A stretch of 64,000 nucleotides of DNA from IMG/VR virus record IMGVR_UViG_2802429268_000001. One strand, written 5' to 3'. Shown here one piece after another: positions 1-9,420 of the stretch. The notes under the pieces were generated by a model that worked only from the letters and a program-made list of their open reading frames with translations, was not told the DNA's origin and did no database searches. The stretch's first letter is position 1. Every line of letters begins with the position of its first letter. Source of the stretch: an uncultured virus (IMG/VR IMGVR_UViG_2802429268_000001). Lineage: Duplodnaviria; Heunggongvirae; Uroviricota; Caudoviricetes. The position numbers and the translations under genes were made by a program.

Positions 1-408
1 ATGATCCTGGCCGATCAGGAACAAGCCCGGTTTGCCCGTCAACATCAAATGGAAAAGTCGGAAGCGATCGAGCGCCGGCTGGATGCGACCGATCAAAAGC
101 TCTCGTCGGTCACCGACCGCTTCAATGAAGCTGCGCCGATCATCTCGGATATCAAGCGGTGGAAGGAACGGTTCATTGGGGCGCAGATGCTCATTGCCGG
201 CGTCTTCGTCGCCATTGGCGGGGGATTGCCCTGCTGTGGAAATGGCTGGCCGTGAAGGTCGGGATGCAGTGACGGCGGCGAGTGAAACAACCCGCCGCCG
301 TTAGAGACACGCCTATTGCCTCAGTGACACGGCTATATTGATTCTATTCACAGTTCTCGAAGCCTTCCAAGCTGAATACGCGGGTTCGATTCCCGCTACC
401 CGCTCCAA
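1..408 (+). repeat. Direct repeat identical to 54834-55241 (prophage right end plus att core)
   Basis: Base-for-base match at offset 54833; diverges after ...CGCTCCAA. Confidence 0.97.
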
Positions 409-461
409 CTTTTTCAATGACTTAGAAGAATGGCGTGTCACTCGTGTCACGGCGTTTCACT
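281..461. promoter_or_regulatory. Putative integrase arm-type sites
   Basis: AGTGAAACA 281, AGAGACACG 303, AGTGACACG 323 left of core; inverted CGTGTCACT 434, CGTGTCACG 443, CGTTTCACT 453 right of core. Confidence 0.7.
361..407 (+). other. att core (3' half of tRNA-Gly TCC), attP-like junction
   Basis: AGCCTTCCAAGCTGAATACGCGGGTTCGATTCCCGCTACCCGCTCCA; no tRNA 5' half upstream; phage DNA on both sides. Confidence 0.9.
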
Positions 462-1599
462 TCCGCTTTTCAGCCCGAGCCTTGGCAATCTGCCGGCTCT
501 TCTCCAGACCATCGCCCCGGCTATAGCGGCGAGTGGTCTTCGTCGTGCTGTGCGTCGCCAGATTGCTGGCGTCTTCCAATGAGCCGGTAGCCTCGACCGT
601 CTCCGTCACAGCACCCGCCCGCGCATCCATCGACCAGACATTCGACGGGACGCCGGCCGCATCGCGCACCTTCCGGAATTTCTCGGTGTAGCGATTCTCC
701 CAATATGGTTTCCCATAGTCCTCATCGATAACCACAGGTCCGATATCCGGTATTCGGTAGGCTTTTAGCGCCTCCTGCACCAACGGCATGACCTTCAAGT
801 CCCGAGACACCTCGGCACCTGTCTTGCTCGTCTTGAGCGTCAGGATCATATCCTTCGATATGTTCTGCCCCGTGAGTCCGCGCCAGCGGAAAGCGCCACC
901 TTCGGGCGGCGGGGCCCACTCCCCAATCACGTCAATGCGTCTCAGGGCTGATTCGAACTTCAGCGCCTCGACAAACCCGATCGACGGGCATTTCAGTTCG
1001 ATGCTTTTCTGCACGATTGCTAGGCACTGGTCATAGGTCATGACGACCGTGCGCGCCGTCGGCTGCTCAAACCGCATGTCGGACAGGATTTCACGCGCCT
1101 GTGCGCAGCCGCTGAGGCGTTCGCCGGCTCCGTAGGAGATGATCAGCCGCAACAGCTTGATCGCGCCTGACGCCCTCCTGTGGCCTTTCTTGCGCCATTT
1201 CCCGAACCAGTCCTTGAAGTCGGACGCCCGAAGCGCGTCTATGCGCCGGGTGCCGACGTTTTTCTCGAGCACGCGCAAGCTGGGTTCATAGTCCCTGATG
1301 CGTGTCGAGTGCTTCACAGAATGAAGCGAGCTCGTCGGATCGTGGCGGTAGCAGTCTATCAGGGCTTTGATGGTGCCGTCGTATTTCGGCGGGGCGTCGA
1401 GATTGCGCAGATCGTCGCGCAACTGATCTGTGAGACGCCGGCACTCCGCGGCGATGGCCTCATCGGCAAGGCCATCAGCAAGACGAATTGTCGTCAGATA
1501 GTCGGGCGCTCCCTTTATCGCCCGCTTCGGATTCCAGTAGTGAACGGTTTTCCCGTCCTTGTTCAGCCGGTACTGGTAACCCGGCCTGTCAGTCCTCAT
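457..1599 (-). CDS. int: Tyrosine recombinase/integrase
   Basis: Adjacent to att; LRRIDV, MDARAG, H-S-T...RRY catalytic-like motifs; start taken at MRTDRPG. Confidence 0.9.
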   Translation of the reverse strand: MRTDRPGYQYRLNKDGKTVHYWNPKRAIKGAPDYLTTIRLADGLADEAIAAECRRLTDQLRDDLRNLDAPPKYDGTIKALIDCYRHDPTSSLHSVKHSTRIRDYEPSLRVLEKNVGTRRIDALRASDFKDWFGKWRKKGHRRASGAIKLLRLIISYGAGERLSGCAQAREILSDMRFEQPTARTVVMTYDQCLAIVQKSIELKCPSIGFVEALKFESALRRIDVIGEWAPPPEGGAFRWRGLTGQNISKDMILTLKTSKTGAEVSRDLKVMPLVQEALKAYRIPDIGPVVIDEDYGKPYWENRYTEKFRKVRDAAGVPSNVWSMDARAGAVTETVEATGSLEDASNLATHSTTKTTRRYSRGDGLEKSRQIAKARAEKRK

Positions 1600-1807
1600 C
1601 CCAATTTTCCTTTCCATCTGGGGCGAGATTGCCCGATGGTAGGATGCCTCCCTGTTGCTGGGATGTGTCAACAGGTTCAGCCGGCGCAGCATTGGGGATT
1701 GCGGTAATAACGAGCGAGCGAAGATCGATCTGCACGATTGCGCCCGAGCTCTTGGCCGCCTTGAAGATGCGTTCCATGTCTGACTGGCGGAAATTGGCTC
1801 TGCTCAT
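1589..1807 (-). CDS. Putative excisionase
   Basis: Small basic ORF (MSRANFRQSDMERIFKAAK) overlapping the int start. Confidence 0.55.
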   Translation of the reverse strand: MSRANFRQSDMERIFKAAKSSGAIVQIDLRSLVITAIPNAAPAEPVDTSQQQGGILPSGNLAPDGKENWDED

Positions 1808-2076
1808 CACCACAAATCCTCGCTGAATAACCTCGGCGCATCGTCCTTGGCGCCGATCTGGCCGGCCCGGTGCGCGATGTAGAAAGCCTCGACGCGGTTG
1901 ACGAATTTCCCCTCGCTCGTGAGGAATCCTTGATTGGCCGGCGGGACCGTTGTCGGGTCGATACCCATCTCGCAATCCATGCTGTGCAAGATGGTGTGGT
2001 GGCGTGCTGGCGGCGGCAGGGATATGACCGAGCCGTGAAAGATGGCGGCCGCAACGATGGTGACGCGGTCGGTCAT
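1807..2076 (-). CDS. Conserved phage protein
   Basis: RHH...QGFLTSEGKFVNRVEA...LFSEDLW; coupled to neighbours. Confidence 0.75.
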   Translation of the reverse strand: MTDRVTIVAAAIFHGSVISLPPPARHHTILHSMDCEMGIDPTTVPPANQGFLTSEGKFVNRVEAFYIAHRAGQIGAKDDAPRLFSEDLW

Positions 2077-2444
2077 TCGCTCGCTCCTGGTGGGCTTGGG
2101 AGAGGCTGCACCTCGTGAACTGGGATGCTGGCGGCTTTGGCTCGGCGGATCATGTCTGCAGTTCCGTTGCCGCCTGGGAATGCGACAACCAGCGCCGGAC
2201 GATGCCCGAGCATTGCCTGATTGCGCTTTGGTCCGGCTGCTTTCCCGTATTTTGCCCACTGAGCCGGGACCGGCCAGCAAGGGACATTCCGCAGCTTCGC
2301 CCAAACCCCACTCAAGCGATCGGCACCGCGCGAATTGCCGTGGATGACAGCCTCGATCGGATGTTCTGCGTGCAGATCATCTAGGACGCGCTTGATCGTT
2401 TCATAGTCGCAATAGTCTCGGCCGCCGCAAACAAGGACTCTCAT
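2073..2444 (-). CDS. SLOG/YspA-like (DUF2493) protein
   Basis: MRVLVCGGRDY...HGNSRGAD...AGPKRNQAM...AFPGGNGTADM. Confidence 0.85.
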   Translation of the reverse strand: MRVLVCGGRDYCDYETIKRVLDDLHAEHPIEAVIHGNSRGADRLSGVWAKLRNVPCWPVPAQWAKYGKAAGPKRNQAMLGHRPALVVAFPGGNGTADMIRRAKAASIPVHEVQPLPSPPGASE

Positions 2445-2761
2445 TTCGCACCTCGTCTGATTTCTTCGCGGCGCTCTATCCACGTCTCGTCATCTTCCGG
2501 TGACCCTCGGAACTCAAACGGATATTCCCCGTTCCAACCTTCGCCGCTCGCCATGAAGCCCGAGAGGTAGCCGGCGTTCCAGGCGCGCTCCCGTTCTGCC
2601 AAAACGGCTTGCCCCACGGCCAGCAGCATTTCCATATGGCTCATCGGCCGTGGCAGGTGTCCGACTGCATCAAACGAAGCGGCTTGAATGTCGGCCGGAA
2701 GGTTGCGGAAAGCAACGGTCGTTGGGGAGGCGGTGCAGTGGATGTCCGATGAGGATGTCAT
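2441..2761 (-). CDS. Hypothetical phage protein
   Basis: RBS and ATGA overlap. Confidence 0.65.
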   Translation of the reverse strand: MTSSSDIHCTASPTTVAFRNLPADIQAASFDAVGHLPRPMSHMEMLLAVGQAVLAERERAWNAGYLSGFMASGEGWNGEYPFEFRGSPEDDETWIERREEIRRGAK

Positions 2762-2770
2762 GGGCGCTCC

Positions 2771-2956
2771 TCAAAGAAAATACAGGGCGACCGCGCAGGC
2801 GATTACGCCAGCCACGAAGCCTTGGAGGCGGAAGCCCATAGCCGCATAGAACAAAATCGAACGGCGCCGGTCTTCGTCCCATTTTTCAACGTCGGCGTGC
2901 CACTCTTCGAGAGTGATCTCGCGCCATTGACCTTCGATGTTAACGCGTTCAATCAT
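2771..2956 (-). CDS. Small membrane protein
   Basis: C-terminal hydrophobic helix; RBS. Confidence 0.55.
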   Translation of the reverse strand: MIERVNIEGQWREITLEEWHADVEKWDEDRRRSILFYAAMGFRLQGFVAGVIACAVALYFL

Positions 2957-3010
2957 GCGTTATCCTTTCCTGTCTTTCGTCGGCGGAAGTGGAGGCGGTG
3001 CGGGTGAGGG

Positions 3011-3193
3011 TCATGGCTTCATGCCACCGCCGCTTCTATGATCTGGAACTGGTCGCCCGAAGTCGCCAGCAGCAATGATGCGGAAGTACAGCAACCTCTC
3101 TTCATCGGAGAGTTCACCGCGCTGCCAGAATTCATGGAAGAACCGGCAGATGGCTTCGCCGTCTTCTTTTGTGAGTTCGAACTTTTCGGTCAT
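3011..3193 (-). CDS. Hypothetical phage protein
   Basis: AAGGAG RBS, ATGA overlap. Confidence 0.6.
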   Translation of the reverse strand: MTEKFELTKEDGEAICRFFHEFWQRGELSDEERLLYFRIIAAGDFGRPVPDHRSGGGMKP

Positions 3194-3369
3194 GGCTGCT
3201 CCTTGGATGCTTTTCGGCGCTCGATCTCAAGGCTCATGCTATAAGCCCACATCGCGAATCCATACCTGATGCCGCTGTCCGGAGGGCCGAAGGGGTATTG
3301 CCGAAAGGCCAGATCGGTCTTCCAAATGCGCAGAGCGATCCACAAAAGCACGTCGGCTATTAGGGTCAT
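3190..3369 (-). CDS. Hypothetical protein (59 aa, MTLIADVLLWIALR...), not in ORF track
   Basis: ATGA overlaps at both ends. Confidence 0.55.
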   Translation of the reverse strand: MTLIADVLLWIALRIWKTDLAFRQYPFGPPDSGIRYGFAMWAYSMSLEIERRKASKEQP

Positions 3370-4490
3370 GACTGCTGATCCTTGGCTGCGAGGGCCATGT
3401 CAACTAGCTGGTTCCACGCGCCCACGAGGATGCGAGCGTGCTGCGGCGAGTTCGGGCTATTGCCGGTGTGCGCAAGGACTGTCCCGGTTCCTTCCAGATA
3501 GACGCCGTGGATGGCCGTCTCATCTGCTTCTGTAGCGAAATGCTCTCGCGTGATGCGCAGCGTGTCTCGGAAATCCTCGACGTGCTTTTCGTCGGCCTGA
3601 TACAGGGACGTTCCCCATTCCACTCGGCCAACAGCGAGAAGCCGCTCGATAATGTCGTCTGGAAGGCGCGCATCCCGGCTTTCTCCCACCGGAGAGGGAG
3701 GGGCGGAGCGATATAGGGCGACATGCTCTCGGCCGGTTGGCTTTCCCCACATGGTCAACGCCAGTTCCGGGTCGTGTTTCGCGGCGGCAAGGTTAGTCTC
3801 TGTCGTCCAAGCCACCGGATCGCTTTCCACCGTAACCGGAGAGGGAGAGGCGGAGAGGGCGGCTCCTGCCTCACATTCGCAGTCACCATCTGAGGCGATT
3901 TTCGCCTTTAGCCATTCGTTATCGAAGCGCAGTTTCATGCGTCCCGCGCGATCCGCCATTATGACGCTTGCGATCGATTTAGGCATATGGTCGAAATGTG
4001 CTTCGCGCCCAAGAATAGCCTTGCATGCTTCGCGGGCCAGTTTCATCACGTCGTCTGGGAATTCACCGTTGTCCGTAACCGGCTCTGCGGGAGGGGTGGA
4101 GGACGCGAGTTCGAACGCCGCCCGAATGATGTAATGGTCCCGGTTCTCGTAGTTCCAGAGGCATGGGGCTTGGTCATCGTTCCAATGCTTCAGAGCAAGC
4201 CGCACAACCTTCTTGCGCGTCTCCGGGTCTTCCCACGCAACCGGCTCCGCCTTCCTCTCGATCGCAGACCGGATACGCGCGTCGAAATCGGATTGGGCTG
4301 CGGAGCGGGCTTCGACCTCAGAACCACATTCGCCTTCTGTGGCGATGGAATTCTCAAGACGCCAAAACCAGCGGCCGTTTGCTTCATGATGGGTCCATAC
4401 GGCATACGCGCCGATGATAGTTACCGCACGGCTTAGGTTTATGCTCCATGGCGGGGTGTGCCATTCAAGCGGCTTTATCTCAATGCTCAT
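3366..4490 (-). CDS. Mosaic hypothetical early protein
   Basis: 374 aa; repeated EPVAW/DPVAW segments typical of phage early mosaic proteins. Confidence 0.75.
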   Translation of the reverse strand: MSIEIKPLEWHTPPWSINLSRAVTIIGAYAVWTHHEANGRWFWRLENSIATEGECGSEVEARSAAQSDFDARIRSAIERKAEPVAWEDPETRKKVVRLALKHWNDDQAPCLWNYENRDHYIIRAAFELASSTPPAEPVTDNGEFPDDVMKLAREACKAILGREAHFDHMPKSIASVIMADRAGRMKLRFDNEWLKAKIASDGDCECEAGAALSASPSPVTVESDPVAWTTETNLAAAKHDPELALTMWGKPTGREHVALYRSAPPSPVGESRDARLPDDIIERLLAVGRVEWGTSLYQADEKHVEDFRDTLRITREHFATEADETAIHGVYLEGTGTVLAHTGNSPNSPQHARILVGAWNQLVDMALAAKDQQS

Positions 4491-4528
4491 GGTCTTGCCT
4501 CCTGCGCTGTTCGCGCCAAATACGGTTG

Positions 4529-4744
4529 ATGGTTCAGCGAATTTCCAAAGGCGACCGCGTCAAAATCTCCGGCAAGGTCTCGCGCGTCTGGCCCAACGGC
4601 CTCGTCAGCCTGTATCCGGATGGCCTCGATTACCCGATAACCGTCAGACCCGAGGACATCGACGAAGTCCTCCCGAAAGAGAGACCGCCCAAGGAAAAGC
4701 CGGTCGGGGGAAGGCGGAAGCCGATTTATGACGAGCAGGATTAG
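4529..4744 (+). CDS. Small antisense-oriented protein (KOW/SH3-like start)
   Basis: ISKGDRVKISGKVSRVWP; protein-like composition; overlaps minus ORF 4487-4747. Confidence 0.5.
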   Translation: MVQRISKGDRVKISGKVSRVWPNGLVSLYPDGLDYPITVRPEDIDEVLPKERPPKEKPVGGRRKPIYDEQD

Positions 4745-4917
4745 CATTGGTCGGCCTCCTTGTTCTTCATCAGCGCGTTGCGGCTCGTGACCATCGTGTA
4801 TCCATCCGCGAACCGAACGAGACAGCTATTCATGACCTTGGCTCGGATGAGGACTTCGCAGGGCTGGCCTTTGCGGCCTTGTCGATTCCAGCGGTAGATG
4901 TAGGGGAGAGCGACCAT
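4741..4917 (-). CDS. Small phage protein
   Basis: RKGQPCEVLIRAKVMNSCLVRFADGYTMVTSRNAL; GGAGG RBS. Confidence 0.7.
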   Translation of the reverse strand: MVALPYIYRWNRQGRKGQPCEVLIRAKVMNSCLVRFADGYTMVTSRNALMKNKEADQC

Positions 4918-5174
4918 CACGCTTCCTCCGCGAGTTTGCGGATGGCGTCTGCAGCCATGATGTGCACCGAGTACGCAACACCTCGCGCTGTCTTCTCCGC
5001 GTCCGTCATTTGTTCCGGGTCGGCGTTCCAAATCTCCGCAACTTTCTCGTCGTGATATCGCGCCGCTTCCTGAAGCGCGGTACGGCGGGAGGTGGAAAGC
5101 TCGGAACCGAGGCGTTCGATCTCGGCGTCTTTCTCTTCGAGCGTCACCATAAGTTTTGCGCTGAAGGTCATCAC
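4917..5174 (-). CDS. Hypothetical protein
   Basis: Coupled ORF in the early operon. Confidence 0.6.
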   Translation of the reverse strand: MMTFSAKLMVTLEEKDAEIERLGSELSTSRRTALQEAARYHDEKVAEIWNADPEQMTDAEKTARGVAYSVHIMAADAIRKLAEEA

Positions 5175-5386
5175 TCATCTCCTTTGAGCGCTGCGCGGGC
5201 TCGGCGGAAATCCTGCATGTACGCATCAGACAGCGCCAAGGCGTCGATCTTGTAAGCGGGCTGCTGGACAAGCGACGCAATCGCCGATTTCGGAGCCGTG
5301 TATTCGTTCCAGAACGCCGGGTGCTCGACCATCTGCCGCAACGTCTCTTTCCCCTCGTGCGACATGGAGAGATGGGTGGGGGTCAT
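5171..5386 (-). CDS. Hypothetical protein
   Basis: ATGA overlap with HNH gene. Confidence 0.6.
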   Translation of the reverse strand: MTPTHLSMSHEGKETLRQMVEHPAFWNEYTAPKSAIASLVQQPAYKIDALALSDAYMQDFRRARAALKGDE

Positions 5387-5778
5387 GGGCGTCTCCCGTT
5401 GATGACTTCGCCGGTGCGCGTGTCGATCACGTCGCCATTCATCCGGCGCTTGAACCGCTTGCTGAACCCGCTGGCCTTCGCCTTGTTGTCGAGCCCGAGG
5501 TGTTTCTTGCGGGTGCGATTGCACTTGGCCCGGACTTTCGCCTCGGTCGCCGTCTTGCGCTTGTGCGGCTCATGCAGGACCGCTTGCAGATTGCCTTCGG
5601 TATTGGTCCCGCCAAGCCAGAGCGGGGTTACATGGTCGTATTCGATCTTGTCGCCGGGGCGGAATTCCTTGCCGGTGAGAGCGCAACGGTTATCCTGGCG
5701 CTCGCGGATGCGGTCCTTGACGCGCGCGGGCGGCATGGCGTCGTCGGTCTTGCCGATCCACTCCGGGACGCTCCTCAT
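5383..5778 (-). CDS. HNH endonuclease
   Basis: EYDHVTPLWLGGTNTEGNLQAVLHEPHKRKT. Confidence 0.85.
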   Translation of the reverse strand: MRSVPEWIGKTDDAMPPARVKDRIRERQDNRCALTGKEFRPGDKIEYDHVTPLWLGGTNTEGNLQAVLHEPHKRKTATEAKVRAKCNRTRKKHLGLDNKAKASGFSKRFKRRMNGDVIDTRTGEVINGRRP

Positions 5779-6524
5779 GCTACCTCCGGCCACTGGCGGA
5801 TTAGGAGATCGGCCGGGATCGGCTCCTTGCGCGTCATCTGCTTCATGAAGAACGCACGGCCTAGCGCTGCGCTCTGGTCGCGCAGATAGCGGAAGTTATC
5901 CGGATCGGTGCGCCGGGCCTTGTGCGGTCCCTGATCGGTCTCGCCGCCCGTGATGATCCAATCGGGCGCGTACTTGTCGAGCACGATGCGGCCGAGGAGT
6001 GGTTCGAAGCTACCGAACGTGAATAGCGGCTCGCGTGTCTCTTTGACCTCCCAGAGCTTCATCCGGTCTCGGTCGTATTCTTCCTGATTGGCTATGGTCG
6101 CGCCGATGGCGGCGTTGCGCGGCAGAAGACGGCAACCGCGCTCCGGGTCCGTCATCTTCCTGACATTGCCGATGCGCTTCGTCAGCAACAGCCAAATGAG
6201 GTTCGGCGTTGCCTCGATCAGGTTCATGAGGTCGTGGCGCCACATCTCGTCAACTTCGTTATCGAAGACGTCGGCGAGCGATGCGCAGAAGACGTAGGGG
6301 CGGCTCCCGGCTTCCTTGGCAGCCTTGTCCCATGCGTAGGGCTTGCGCCAGTTGGCTTTGCCTGTGCGCTGCCTGTCCTCGCCTGCTCCCCACTGGACGC
6401 GACCGTATCGGTTCGCCATGAGGTTTTCGGCGTAGCAACCATCACATGCCGGCGAAACCTTAGTGCAACCAATCCACGGATTGAAGGTGTGATCGGTCCA
6501 TTCGATCTTGCTGTTCTCAGCCAT
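5775..6524 (-). CDS. Phage Gp37/Gp68 (DUF5131) protein
   Basis: IEWTDHTFNPWIGCTKVSPACDGCYA; LLTKR; WIITGGE. Confidence 0.92.
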   Translation of the reverse strand: MAENSKIEWTDHTFNPWIGCTKVSPACDGCYAENLMANRYGRVQWGAGEDRQRTGKANWRKPYAWDKAAKEAGSRPYVFCASLADVFDNEVDEMWRHDLMNLIEATPNLIWLLLTKRIGNVRKMTDPERGCRLLPRNAAIGATIANQEEYDRDRMKLWEVKETREPLFTFGSFEPLLGRIVLDKYAPDWIITGGETDQGPHKARRTDPDNFRYLRDQSAALGRAFFMKQMTRKEPIPADLLIRQWPEVA

Positions 6525-6525
6525 C

Positions 6526-7629
6526 TCAGCCCCCGATTTCTTCGACAGAGCAATCCAGCAGGTCGGACGCGATGAACTTCCGCGCCTGCTCGACCGAGCG
6601 TTTGCCGGTCATGACTGCGTGCATGCTGATCTTGATGGTCGACAGCTTCGGCCAGTGCTCCTCGGCGATGACGTCGCGGTAGTTCACGAGCATGTCGTCG
6701 ATCGTTTCCATCTTGGCGGAATCATCGAGTTCCTTGTCCGCGACCGTCTTTGTTGCCTTCCGGGCGAAGTCCATCAGGTGTTGCCGCAACTCTGCGGAAA
6801 GGGGGGAGGACGACGGCTCCGAGGTGGTCTGGCCGCCGTCCTCTTGCGATGCGGAGGGGGAGTCCGCGTCGGCCGGCGTGGAGGCTTCGCCGGTATCGGG
6901 TTCCAAAATCTCGCCCGTCAGCGCGTCCGAGGTCTCGCGGGCTACGTGTGCCGGGTCGAAGCCTTCTTGCGCGTCCTGGGGCTGCTGTGTGGCTTCCTGA
7001 GCCGCCCGCAAGCGCTGCATGACGCTCGGCTGTTGCGGGGTGACGTCCTTCGCGTTGTCGGGCCCGCGGAACTCTTCGGCCTCGTCCCGATCATAGACCC
7101 CGAGGAGCACTTCCGGGCAGTGGCGCCGAGCCCAATTGCGGGCGCTGTAGTAGCCGAGTTGCTGTTGCGGGTCCGTCTTCCAGAGTGGTGAATTTTTCGT
7201 GGTGATGTTGCCGGCCCGAGGGGAGGTGTAGACGCAATCCTCGCCATCGAGCGTGCCCGTGACGGTGCAGGTGAGATCATCGCCTTCGCCAGCGAACTGG
7301 TACTTGAGCCGCCCCTTGATGCCGGAACGCGAATTGATGACGGCCGCGATCAACTGTGCTTCGTAGGCCAGAACGTCCTTAACTTTGTAGGACTTCTGCG
7401 CGACGGAAAACGGATCAAATCCCCACTTCAACGCTTGCATGGTGATCGCTGCGCAGTCGGGCGCGTTGCCCCGGAGATAGCTGGGGATGCTTGCGTTGGA
7501 CAACGCCATGAACCGGGCGAACTCTACAATGTCGTTTAGGGTCTGGGGGGTGACGGCAAAGCCACCATCGCTGCTGGTAAGCGAAACCTGTTCGCCGAGC
7601 CTCGGCTGCTGAGTTGCGATCTGGTTCAT
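6526..7629 (-). CDS. recT: RecT-family single-strand annealing protein
   Basis: LAYEAQLIAAV...NSPLWKTDPQQQLGY...WARRHCPEVLLGVY. Confidence 0.9.
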   Translation of the reverse strand: MNQIATQQPRLGEQVSLTSSDGGFAVTPQTLNDIVEFARFMALSNASIPSYLRGNAPDCAAITMQALKWGFDPFSVAQKSYKVKDVLAYEAQLIAAVINSRSGIKGRLKYQFAGEGDDLTCTVTGTLDGEDCVYTSPRAGNITTKNSPLWKTDPQQQLGYYSARNWARRHCPEVLLGVYDRDEAEEFRGPDNAKDVTPQQPSVMQRLRAAQEATQQPQDAQEGFDPAHVARETSDALTGEILEPDTGEASTPADADSPSASQEDGGQTTSEPSSSPLSAELRQHLMDFARKATKTVADKELDDSAKMETIDDMLVNYRDVIAEEHWPKLSTIKISMHAVMTGKRSVEQARKFIASDLLDCSVEEIGG

Positions 7630-7631
7630 GA

Positions 7632-8645
7632 TTAAGCGGCCTCCGCCTGCAGTTCGATGTTGATCCGGGTCTTGGCCCAAGAGGGCATTTCCACCCATCC
7701 GAATTCCCGGTCGAAGCCGTCGTATCCGGGCCAGTGATTTACCTTCAGGCAGCGCTCGACGATGGCGATTGCCTTGCGTGCCTGGCGCTCGCCGAGGTCG
7801 ATGTCCTCGTCCTTCAACTGCAGGACCCGGACGTCGTAGGGCGGAGCCTTCTCGACAAAGACGAAGGTGAACGAGGTGAAGGCATCCGGCCCGAGCACGT
7901 CGCGGACGATCATCCGGAGAAGCCCTGCCTGGACGTGATAGCCGTGCGAATAGATCGCCTTGGACAGGCTTTCGTCATCGACCGACGCCGCAGTCTTCAG
8001 GTCAACGAAATCGCCGCTGTCGTTCGGGACGACGTCGGGGCGGCCCTTCAGCCAGATGTTGCCGTGCTTGCAGAAGATCGACCGCTCGATTCGACCATTG
8101 AGAATGCCGAGCCGGATTGGTTCCTTCGTCGCTAGAGCGGCAGCGATGTTCTGGATATGCCCGAGCTCGTTTTCGGTGATGACCGATCGACCGGCCCCGC
8201 GCTGTTTCTCAAGCCAGCCCTTGCACCAGTTCGAATTGCCGTTCCAAGGCTTCTCATTGCCCTTCTCGTCCGGATACGTCGCCGGACGGAGCGAATAGCG
8301 CTCCTTGAAGCCCTCTTCGCCCAAGAGCAGCATGTGAGCCGCTTTGCCAAACTCGAGAGAGGATTTTTCCTCGCGGTCGAAGGGCGTCGGATTGTATGGC
8401 GAATAGGCCCAATATTCGGACGGCCGGCGCAGGACGGCACGCAAGCCAGAGCTCGAGATCGAGAAGCTCGGGAACAGGCTTGTATCGCCGTGGTAGGCCT
8501 CGATCGGTACGCCGGCATAGACGCCGCGAAGATCGATCTGGCCGCCCTGGTACTGGCGCTCCTGCTTGAAGCCGTTCACCAGCTTGGACGCAATGCCGCC
8601 GATCGACTGGAAGCCGTCGCGGTCGATATCAACATGGTTGCTCAT
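7632..8645 (-). CDS. RecE/exonuclease VIII-like PD-(D/E)XK nuclease (DUF3799)
   Basis: ISSSGL, FGKAAH, KGRPD, DLKT, YHVQA; next to recT. Confidence 0.88.
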   Translation of the reverse strand: MSNHVDIDRDGFQSIGGIASKLVNGFKQERQYQGGQIDLRGVYAGVPIEAYHGDTSLFPSFSISSSGLRAVLRRPSEYWAYSPYNPTPFDREEKSSLEFGKAAHMLLLGEEGFKERYSLRPATYPDEKGNEKPWNGNSNWCKGWLEKQRGAGRSVITENELGHIQNIAAALATKEPIRLGILNGRIERSIFCKHGNIWLKGRPDVVPNDSGDFVDLKTAASVDDESLSKAIYSHGYHVQAGLLRMIVRDVLGPDAFTSFTFVFVEKAPPYDVRVLQLKDEDIDLGERQARKAIAIVERCLKVNHWPGYDGFDREFGWVEMPSWAKTRINIELQAEAA

Positions 8646-8660
8646 GACTTCCTCTCGGGA

Positions 8661-8885
8661 TTATTCGGCGGCTTGCTTGGCGGGGGCTGCGACTGTCTCG
8701 CGGCGAACGAGATCGAACCCCATCTTTTCCGCCAACTCGCCGAGCTTCTCTTCGGCGTCACGCGCCCCGAAGCCGGACGGGGCCGGGTCGTATTCCTGCT
8801 GTGCGTATGCGAGCAGGAGCGACTCCTCGAGGTAGCGGCAGGCCAGAAAGGCCCGGTAGAATTCCATGCTGTCCTTGATCACCAT
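8661..8885 (-). CDS. Hypothetical protein
   Basis: RBS; operon context. Confidence 0.6.
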   Translation of the reverse strand: MVIKDSMEFYRAFLACRYLEESLLLAYAQQEYDPAPSGFGARDAEEKLGELAEKMGFDLVRRETVAAPAKQAAE

Positions 8886-9214
8886 GGCAGTTGATCCTCC
8901 CATTCGCGTTCGCGCTTCGCCTCGGCGGCGTCTTCCGCAGCCGCAGCGTCCTTGTCGGCGGCGTCTTCCAGAAGCGAGGACTTGAAGCCGTCGCTCTCCG
9001 AAATCGCGTCATCCAGCCAGCCGGGAATGACGATCTCGACCTTGTCTCGGAAGGTGCGGATGTTCTCGACCTCGACCGATCGCGGCTCTTCCGGCTGCGT
9101 AAGGGTCGCGGCGCGATAGCGCGAAACCGAGTAGGTGACATCAAGGTCAAGCTCGATATCGAGGCCGGAGACCGAGACCAGGAGCGGCTTGCGGGTGTGG
9201 TATTTCGTGGTCAT
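8879..9214 (-). CDS. Hypothetical phage protein
   Basis: ATGA overlap; acidic protein. Confidence 0.65.
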   Translation of the reverse strand: MTTKYHTRKPLLVSVSGLDIELDLDVTYSVSRYRAATLTQPEEPRSVEVENIRTFRDKVEIVIPGWLDDAISESDGFKSSLLEDAADKDAAAAEDAAEAKREREWEDQLPW

Positions 9215-9420
9215 TGCATCGGTTCCCATGTTGAGCATTCGCCGACCCGGTCCATTTCCGAGGCGCGAATGTCGGCGGTCATGGCATTGACCCATGAGGG
9301 GTCTCCAGCTTCCGGGCGAGGCGCTTTGGCGATCGTGACAGGATGGGCGCAGCAGACCCATTCGCAGTCCTTGATGTCGCGATAGGCGTTGTGCTTGCAG
9401 GTGCGGCAGTCGCTCATCAC
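9211..9420 (-). CDS. Cys-rich small protein
   Basis: CRTCKH...CCAH...C. Confidence 0.6.
   Translation of the reverse strand: MMSDCRTCKHNAYRDIKDCEWVCCAHPVTIAKAPRPEAGDPSWVNAMTADIRASEMDRVGECSTWEPMQ

Noticed and set aside
361..407. Complete tRNA-Gly gene
   Set aside because: Only the anticodon-to-CCA half is present in both copies; it is the att core
5149..5178. Frameshift joining MSDDLQRK to the 4917 ORF
   Set aside because: An in-frame ATG with a well-spaced RBS already explains the gene
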